NCBI GenBank assembly: GCA_964016885.1
Contig: OZ024742.1
Coordinates: forward strand, 330,398,001 to 330,462,000
DNA: 64,000 nt
Reading direction: 5' to 3'
DNA from: Eledone cirrhosa
Lineage: Eukaryota
Below are positions 54,200 to 64,000 of the stretch, piece by piece (position 1 is the stretch's first letter; the number at the start of each line of letters is the position of its first letter). Under the pieces are notes generated by a model. That model searched no databases. It was not told where the DNA came from and saw only the letters and a program-made list of their open reading frames with translations. The position numbers and the translations under genes were made by a program.

Positions 54200-56460
54200 G
54201 CAGGAGAAGGATCATCTTGTGAAAACCAGGGAATATTTGACTCCATAGTCATAGTTATGACAGACTCTCTGTGTGCGGAGCCTCAGAAATCAATGCGGTC
54301 GCTATCAGCATGCACTAAGTGAACATGGAGTGAAGGACCTCGACCGTTACGGCATTCTTATCAGATACGCAAATTCCGATATGAAAACAAGTGAAACATC
54401 ACAAATAACAGTTTGAGATATAGCTTTATTTAGATGAGTGTAGATAGAGGTTATTTAATTCATGTTGGACAATATATCTAGTTACACTAGATATATTGGA
54501 ATAAAAAAACATCATATTCCGCAGGATGGCGAAGCTGATCGTCTTCATATTACTGCTGAAGCGAAGAAAAGTGTTCAACAAAATTGTAATATAGCGCTAC
54601 AAGCGAAGTGGGCCAGGATTAGGTGAATAGAGAAAATGAATGATCTCTTTCTGAAATGTAGAAATAGAGGAGATTGAAAAAATGATTAAAAAACCTGACG
54701 GCTAGAGAGAGATTGCAGAGTATATGGAAGGACAACGTGAAACAGAAAATAAAGCCCAACATTCCAAGATCCTGTTGAAAATGTAGATTTCGTTGAAGAT
54801 AGAATCCCGCAGCAGAAATGTGACATGTTGAATTTAAAAACGAAATGAGTAATGAACAGAAAACAATCATAAACATACTGAAGAAATACTGAACAATCTA
54901 GATGTAGTTGAAGTAATTTACCTGAAAGCTGCTGATAGAAAGAAATCTAAGATTGTCAACGATGTCATAAATACCATACAAACACAACATATTAGAGATA
55001 CAAACATCCTAATGTTACCTGGGTCAAAGGTTTTATCTGACTTCTTAGGATTTAATAAGTGAAAATGGGCGAGCAGGAAGCCATGGTGGAAGAGAACGAT
55101 TCGGGACAGGCTTATAAAATTAAGGAGAGTTCTAAGCAAATTGGTGGAATGGAAAGCTGGGATATTACAGAAACATGGAGTACTGAAACAAATATATGAA
55201 TTATAATGCAGTGGCCAAGGAAGTGAAGTAACATATAAAAGGAAATACTGCAAAGCTAAATAAATGCAAAGAAAGAAATAACCAATACAGGAAGAAGAGA
55301 CTCGTTGAAATCAATAGAACAAATCTGTTTGTGAAACTGGAAGAAATGGAAACAATTATGTAAGACCAGATGTAGAAGAAACATTGCTTTTTGGAATAAC
55401 CTTTGTAGTAAATCTGTTGAACGCTATAATGAGGAACGTTGTGGACAGGTAACAGATGTAGTGAAGCAGGAAAGTATCAAAATAACAAAAGAGATGGTGA
55501 AAACCCAGTTGCGAGAGAGACCAGAAATCTACATACCTCCAGATAAAAAGGAGTAGATGCGTCATAGCAGAAAGAAGATGGATCAGCTGATGAATGTTAA
55601 AATGGTACTGCAAAAAGAGGCTCAGCAAACTGTCCTTGCTAGGATTGATTATAATATCCGTTCAATCTAGAGAGCTACTGGTAACATGCAACTCAGTACA
55701 AGCTGCCTCCTGTTTAGGCTACAAGCCGGCTAACCCACCAAGATTTATTGGTGATGAGGTTTAATTTTGAAGGCTGACTGAGGAATTGCAAAACTACACA
55801 AAATGCAAAGCAACTCAGAAGAGGCATGGACCACCAAAAATCGGGTAGACAGAACTCGATTACCTAGGCCTATTATAAAAATTAGTAAATGTTTTCGCTA
55901 TACAGATTATGTATGGATTTTAGCGGAACCATTTCCCATAATGTAACAGCATGTTTTAGAATTGCCAAAACTAGTATAATTTGGTAAGGTTTCTGCAGTA
56001 GAAACTGTAAAAATGGGGTCCTAGGTAGAGGGACAACGTGACACGACCACAAACTACAGAACATGACTAAGTCGGAAACTTGCAAATTCCTGTTTGATTT
56101 CCTAATTCGATTGAACCAGATATTAGAGCGCAAAGAAACCGTAGTTGAGCTCAAGAAAGTAAATATCTTATCTATTTTAGAGACGTTGCATGATGACTTG
56201 ACTCACAGATATTTAAGATGGAAGGCGAGAAATTAGACGCTTACAATCCTCTTAAATACAAGATAGTCTGTGAGAAATAAAAGAAAATGTAGACTGTGAT
56301 GATCATTCGTCGAACGTTAGCAATTGTATCAAAATATATTGTGAGGAACATACAACAAATTAGAATAGTGTGTCAAATAGAGCTATTGCAACACGTTTGC
56401 CTCCTTGGCACGACAGGAATTATTAGGAAAGTATTTAGATAATTGAAGAGAAGAAATAAC
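54200..56460 (+). mobile_element. Heavily degraded R4/Dong-like RLE LINE
   Basis: Remnants EPWWKR (~55080), FLFDFLIRLNQ (~56090) and terminal LQHVCLLGTTGIIRKV (~56385-56432). The 5' limit is uncertain. Confidence 0.65.
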
Positions 56461-56471
56461 CTCGTAACCAA

Positions 56472-56513
56472 GTATGGGGGGTTTGCTACCTGCAGGTAGC
56501 AAACCCCCCATAC
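56472..56513. repeat. Perfect 42-bp palindrome
   Basis: GTATGGGGGGTTTGCTACCTGCAGGTAGCAAACCCCCCATAC. Confidence 0.97.
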
Positions 56514-57900
56514 ATGTAAGAAGCTTACCAAAATGGGTGGCTGCTGTTATATGTACATCTTTTCCTCTCCGTGTTTTGATAAGACTTACTCCGGGTATGG
56601 GGTTCAATGCATTGTAGAGTATAAGTATTTGTTTCTTCTCATGAGGCAGAGGTTCTTGGGTGGTACAATCTTCCCTGCATTCATGTTTTCGGCATCCTAT
56701 TCTGGACAACTATTTGATTTCACATGTAGATGCTAAAACATTCGGGCATTTCACCAATATCTGTTGAGGTAACCAAAGGCTAGAGAGGCAATAGGTGATG
56801 TTGTCATGTTTCTCCGGCGTTACACATATATTCCATGATATTCTCCTCCTATTCAATGATAAACTATCATGCTAACATAATTTCCAATAAAAGAAAAAAT
56901 GGTCAGGTGGCCATTTTGTTAAAATGAACCTTGCAATATTCCGTAACATATAGGGATGCGTAATAACAAAAAGTCATGCGCTGCGGGATCTGATGGTGAT
57001 ATTCCCTACCTACTGAAACTAGAACAAAATGATGTCACATATGTTTCTATAATCTTCAATTTAAGCTGGCTTAGTCTATTCGTGAGTCCAGTTTTCTATA
57101 TATTTTCTATAAATTGTCATCCAAACGTGCATCGCATAGGGCAGATATTACATATTATATTTGATGTTGACACCAAATACATGTGTCACATGACGTCAAA
57201 CATACGTGTTACTATGATTTCAGCATAGATAACAAGTCCTCCAAGCTTGGCTTAGTATTCAACGGCAGTTGCATACATCGTTACCAAGTACAGCAATGGT
57301 GAAGGATCCTCTTTTATTCACAAAAGAACAATTTCCTGGACCCCTCATTCACTTATGGGGAACCACATGGTAATATCAACATATATAGTTCATATGGTGT
57401 GATCTGGTGCCATGGTGAGGCCAATCAACGGTAATTAGCAAACGATATTGTATTACGCCATCATACAGAAGCTAAATATATTGTTTCTTACTGCCAATAA
57501 TAGATTCATATGCACACTGGCCATTTTGAAATTGATGTTTTTAGCAATATTATGCACGAAATGTGTTTAGAAATGGGTTGTGACCCAAATGTATTTTTCA
57601 TGTGACGACTCGCTGCTGCTGCGCTTGGGACAGATTTGAAGTCATAAAGTAAACCACCACAAATAAACGAGGCAAAATGCGGATTCGAGAGGCCGAATTT
57701 CGTGGTGAGAGAGTGTTTGTAATTAATTTACAGATAATGATATGCATGAAATAATAAACCGTCTGCAAAAAAGCAGAATAACTGGAGTGTGGGCTAGATG
57801 CAGCCCAACGAAATCATACCGAACACCACAACACACTCAGACACACGCATACCTATATACATACATAAAATACATACATACACACACATATATATATATG

Positions 57901-58027
57901 TTTGACTAAAGAAATTTTAGTCTGATAATGGGGTTTAGAACCCTCAGACAAATGGAAAAAGATGAGTATTGCCGTACATACTCATCTTTTTCAATTTTCC
58001 TGAGGGTTCTAAACCCATTTAGTCAAA
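57901..58027. repeat. Long imperfect hairpin between microsatellites
   Basis: Nested pairings TTTGACTAAA/TTTAGTCAAA, GGGTTTAGAACCCTCAG/CTGAGGGTTCTAAACCC and GAAAAAGATGAGTAT/ATACTCATCTTTTTC. Confidence 0.9.
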
Positions 58028-58086
58028 AATACGGTAAAAGTTATTCTATTTTCTAATTTCAAACCTGCTCACCGTTTCAAAACATA

Positions 58087-58162
<76 letters not shown>

Positions 58163-60672
58163 TTCACCGTAGAACCCAAAGTGGTGTATTCAAAATGCAG
58201 TCAACTTTACAGCTCTCTCATAAAATGTTACTGTCGTCTTAATATATTTGTAATAGAGACAGCACACAGAAAGAGTAAATAAATGATCTTCAACCTTCCG
58301 TTTCAGTTGCTATTATTCTCGTTTTATTCTACAGGATGTATTAAATAAATCGACCTTTATAATGTTTCTAATTTTGCTCCGTATTTTAGATAAAACTACA
58401 TAGAGAATGTAACAATTGTTTCTAACTATGTCAGATACAAGTGTGTATTTTCATTCGTCTAGTTCATTCAATCCAATGTATTGAAAAGTCTATATTTGAT
58501 GACATTTATTTTATTCATCCGGCATGAGACTAGATTTCTTAATTTCCTCTCTTTAACGTCGCGTTGATTCATTCTACTTCTCTAATCCTGATTTCACCAA
58601 TTTACATAGTACGTCCGTGCATTTCCCGTACATTTGTTTGATGTTCTTCCTTATTTGCTTCGAAATCCTTTGGGCTATCTCTTTTCGTTTAGTTTCTATA
58701 GCTTTATTATTTGTATCTCTTTTTTTTTCATGAGTTGTATTTCTGTATCGATTTCACTAGAAACTGAACGACGATTTTCTTTTTTTTTCCTATATTTTTC
58801 TCTATATCTCTTTTCTGGCTTTGGTGCCACTTTAACGAGCTGTTTATGGAGGCTCCCGTAACCTATGGCGTGTAATGACATGACATTTAGGTTTTGTAGC
58901 TGATGTATTCTCCAAGCTAGATAATAAATGTGCAGATAGTCTGCATGCTAGTTTTCATGACCATGTAGCCTGTATGATAAAGTTGTTCTCTTTGATTGTT
59001 GCTTGTATTTTGATATTCCTTCATGAGTTGATAGACACACTCGTCTGTGTTTCCACTGTGGCTTCTGCATAAATTATATTCGTTAACGTTTGTCACCAAT
59101 GCTCATGTATGTACATTCTAATGTAAAATTCATTCATCCTAGTGAGATTTTAAAAATTGTTAATAGAAGGAATTTGTATCGTATATCCATGTACATTTTT
59201 TTATAAATTGCATATTTTAGATATCATGTTCGCTTTTTTAATCATCTATTCTTAGATATTCTTGATATTTCTTCTAATCGATATTTCTGTTTGTACTGTT
59301 TAATCCTACATTTGTTTGTGCGTATTTTGTAGGTATTCTGGTTTCCAGAAATAAACGACTCCACACAATGCCGTGTCAGAGATAAAGAGGTTTCACAAAG
59401 GAAAAAGTTGATGAATTAATCTTTTCGCAGTCGGAAGGTGACTGGCAGCAGTGTTTGACAAGAGACTGGAAATTCCCATGTCATGAAATACAAGAAGAGT
59501 CACGTTTTTGCTTTATCTTCGTGTTTACTGTGCGTTTGTCCCAGTGTAATGAATATCTTGCTTATTATATGCCAAAATACACTTTCCGTAAAATCCGGAG
59601 TAACGGACGACTATGGGCCAACGGACGACCTAATAATAATATACATGCAATGTTCGATGGGAATAGCAATGTAATTCGTTTAAATGTGCATTTAATTATT
59701 TCGTCACATAGGATTACGCTCTGAGTTCAAATATGAATCATGCTACCTTTGCTTTTCATGATTTCTGCTCGAAATAAAGCGAAGTAAATATCAGGTTTTC
59801 TCATCTATTTACTTGACTCTATCCTCCCAGATTATATCTAAATGTGTGCCAGTCTTACAAATCACCAATGTAGTCAATACGTTATAGTTAAGTTTTCAGA
59901 GTCGTTAGCAAAAACTTTCATTTCATTTTTTCTTTTTTAACCGAATAGTCTCGGGTCAAATGTGATGATACTACTTCTGTTGATAACAATATAAATTACT
60001 GAGTCATTCCATCCCGAAAACGTTTCAAAAATGTTTCTTTTGATCATCCACTTGTATGTGTTGTGCACTCATACACAGAGTACCATAGCTTTAACTTTCC
60101 AAGGTTCAGGTCTCACAATCTATCCTCTCTGTCCTCCCTGAAGTACTAGAAAAATTAAAGCCGATTCCCCATGGCACCTGTTTCGTCACATCTCGAATCC
60201 CTCAGCAAAGTTGATTGGAGTAAACTGAAATTAATTGTCTACTCAAATTAAGAACCAAAAAATGCAACTTGTCATTGAGAGCTCTGCATGGTATACACTT
60301 ATCCCCGCTCCATCATCTCATAGATTTCTGCTTACATGCAAAAAATACAGTTCAAAATATACGAATAAAATAACATTAAATAACTATTTGTCATGATAAT
60401 ATATTTTATTGAGGACAATGTACAGTAATTTTATATATAACACATATGGCGTCAATTATGCCACAGAATGTTAAGTATTATTAATCCTCGAGCAGAGCAA
60501 CGGTCAGGAAAACACAGACTGTTATTCAAACTAAGGATTCAGAAAAGAGACTCATCTAGAGAGATAAAGAGAGAGACAGTCAGACAGAGAGAGTGGAAGA
60601 AATTAAGTAAACTTACCAAATGTCACGTAGCGTTGAACATTTCTTCAGTATGTATCGTCATTTAGATATTCA

Positions 60673-60788
<116 letters not shown>

Positions 60789-60789
60789 G

Positions 60790-60821
<32 letters not shown>

Positions 60822-60852
60822 AAATATTTATATATCTATATATCTATGTATG

Positions 60853-60900
<48 letters not shown>

Positions 60901-61264
60901 TGGGGTGGGGGGATGCGTGTGTTTGTATGTGTGTGCAGTGTATGAGTGTCTATGAACAATGTTATGGTTACGTTTGCTTTATTATATGGCAAACGTAGTT
61001 TGATTGTTCATATTATTACTTCCTTAATTGATACGTCATCCATTTCGTAATGTAAGTCAAAGTAAAAAGATATGCGAAAAGATAAATATGTCTTTCCAGT
61101 ATGATTACTAACGCTAGTGGATGTGCGTTCTTTCGCAGACACACACACCCATTATGACGCATGCCCACACTCCAACAAGGACACACAAACATTACAAACA
61201 CAGACTCACAAACGTTCAATTATACTTGAAATACAGTAATATACATACAATAAATAAATGTATT

Positions 61265-61336
<72 letters not shown>

Positions 61337-61365
61337 CATACATATATATCTATATATATATTTAT

Positions 61366-61513
<148 letters not shown>

Positions 61514-61848
61514 ACATTTATGGTATGTATACTATTTGTTTTTACATTATGCTTCCTTATGTATAGATTCTTTTAAATCTTGCTTCTGTGAAAACAATAT
61601 AGCTATTATTTTATTGATACGCCAGGGACAAACAAGTAGTTTGGTTACCAAACATTCCTTGTTTTGATTTTATTAACTCCCGATGATTAAGCAGCATTTT
61701 TTTCATAGAAAAAAAATTACAAACATATTCGAAACTAAAATGGCAATAAACATGAAGCATCTTTTTTTAATTTTCGCTTTTTAAATTGGGGAAATACACA
61801 AAGATACATAGATATTATCATAATAGAGAATTGCAGTTTTACATAAAA

Positions 61849-62470
61849 TCATGGCCAATGAAAGTTCCTGTTTACCATTTGGTAGAATTTTGTATTAAAC
61901 GGCCTATAAAAATCTCTTAGTCGTTTTAATATGGTTGGGTCCACTGTTGGGTGGGGCCTACCTTTTGTCTTACCTAAACAATGAGGATGACCACTTCCTT
62001 CAGCTTTTTTCACACATGGGAAACCTTTCGTCTCGTTGAAATAAAAATGTTTCTCAGAAATGATCCGTTTTAATCCAAGAAAATCTTGAACTAAGCTTAG
62101 TTCTTGTGCAGGATCTGATATCAATTGTTCACCGCTTACAAAATGCATTTGAGAAAGAGGAAAATAATGAAGCCATCGCTCTAAGAATTTTGCGTAGACC
62201 CCAATGCGTATTATATTCCGACTTGTGTCTACAATTCGGGTCGAGGTATTGAGGAATGCAAGTTCTTCGAAACGTTTCATCTGATTCATACGTTTTGAAG
62301 CAAGTTGCGTATAATCTGATATGGCTCTTGTGACAGGATCCCGAACAATAACAAGTATTTTCATCTCTTTTGACATGTTGAAGATCCTTTTGGGAACTTC
62401 CTTCGTTATGAAATAACTCGGAGTCTTTTCTATCGTCATCTGTCCGTCTATAGTGGCCGGCATTTTCTTC
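61849..62470 (-). CDS. HS3ST: Heparan sulfate glucosamine 3-O-sulfotransferase, terminal coding exon
   Basis: MP...[23 protein letters not shown] (3'-PB motif), FNETKGFPC and [11 protein letters not shown]. Acceptor CCCTTTCTTTTCAG| precedes 62470 in phase 2 (..G AAG AAA ATG), the intron position expected after the WYR motif. The upstream exon is not recognisable in the window; paralogue not assignable. Confidence 0.96.
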
Positions 62471-64000
62471 CTGAAAAGAAAGGGAAATATTATTATTTTT
62501 CACGTTTAGGTATATAAGTTGTTAGCTATACAAAAGCTAAAAGAAATTAAAATATTGAACCTCAAATGTGCAATGATAAATGGCGAAAACATTTTAAACA
62601 TAATACTTGTTATCAAAATGAGGAAAAAATACATATTTCGGGAAGAAAGACTTCTAAACTACAATGTATTAACGTTATCAACTGCTTTTCTGACTTGTAT
62701 TACCACTTTTAACTAATCTGTTCAAGCTAACTGACCTCTGGCTCCAATTACACACGCTATGGGAGAGATACTGTAACTATGTGTTGTATAAACTTGATCT
62801 CGTATATAAATAATTCATACAATAAAGGGAATGAGCATCTGTCACAAGTAGTACGCAGATTCACTGTAAAATAATTTTTTGAAAACCAAAGGGAAAGCAA
62901 TATAAAGAATAACTGAAAGAGAATGTTTAGAAAATAAGTAATGCACAATTATCTAGACATACATAGTAAAGCACGCAGAATATGAAAGATTGCGTAAGGT
63001 AGAAATATTATAGACCAATAATATATATATATATACTTAAAACACATCGTAACAATCGGAAAATAAGATAATGTGCAGTAACACATTAGCCTCTTTAGTA
63101 ATATGTTTTAGATGTAATATTCTATTTTAAGTGACTTACTAAGACTACACGCAGATAAATACAGTATTGTCTTAAGTGCATTTGAAATACATCACTTGGA
63201 ATCCTAAGCAGAGGGATTATATTTAATTATACATCATATCGTACTAGAACATTATAACATAAAGATCTAGAATAAGGCGGAAAAATATTTGCTTGAATAT
63301 CGAGAAGCTTCATGAAAAGAAACCATATATATCAGTGGCTGACAAAACAAAGAGGTGCAACATAGAGGACATTTGTTTTAAACGCTTTCCTTATCTAAAT
63401 CATGCTAAAATGTTAGAAGGAAAAGCATATCTTTAACCAAATCGTGATCAAATCGAGGCGGAGATGTTTGTAAACAAAGCGCGTAATACTGAATTAAAAA
63501 TATATGGAGAGTATTTACAACAATTTCCCGATATGCTGAATTTTTGAAGAACCATGACAATGTTCAGTCTTTTTTAGTCGTAACTAAACTGGCTTATACT
63601 TAGAGACATTCAATTGGTGTAGTCTTATTACTCTACAGATTAGGGCCGTTTATTCAACTGCTCTCAAAATTGTCCAAATGACCACAATTTGGAATGCAAC
63701 TATTACTGAAATCTGAGAGTGTAAGCCTCCATCGAACGGATTTATTTAACGAGCCGTCAGGATGAATTACCTTGATTTTCTGAAGTCAAAATATGCAGAT
63801 ATAATGAGAGCGAAATTGAGATGGGACATTGCCCACAAACCACACATATGATACTCATTCAGAAGATATAACTAATGTGCAATACTATTTACGTGAGCGT
63901 AATCTAGAGAGAAGGGAGTTAGACTGGTGATAGTAATGTTCTGCGTCATCATTCAAGAACGGGCAGAGAGTTTCTTTTTTCAAACGCTATACTTCATTTC

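Noticed and set aside
57560-57820. Possible hAT-type MITE end motifs (GGGCTAGATGCAGCCC)
   Set aside because: No matching TIR pair or 8-bp target duplication identifiable.

Overview
This is AT-rich eukaryotic DNA packed with microsatellites. It is probably from a coleoid cephalopod, inferred from SINEs resembling the octopus OK family. The only recognisable host gene piece is the terminal coding exon of a heparan sulfate 3-O-sulfotransferase (61849-62470, minus). The rest is mostly retroelement sequence: two near-full-length Tx1-clade LINEs plus fragments, three R4/Dong-like RLE LINEs (one bracketed by (TAA)n), RTE fragments, two Penelope-like elements (PLEs), a mariner relic and SINEs. The main signal not shown by the ORF track is a set of type I hammerhead ribozyme motifs, found by eye, in several unrelated non-coding modules anchored in (TA)n. 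These include a retrozyme-like tandem pair with predicted cleavage sites 696 nt apart (17.0-18.0 kb), a 463-bp repeat unit with an intact hammerhead (255-333), and a PLE bracketed by ~535-bp inverted pLTRs that each carry a minimal hammerhead. Other observations: a conserved TAAGTG ORF1/ORF2 junction in three Tx1 copies, a chimeric duplicated ORF1, and several perfect fold-back palindromes. All pairings and alignments were done manually; element boundaries are approximate unless stated.
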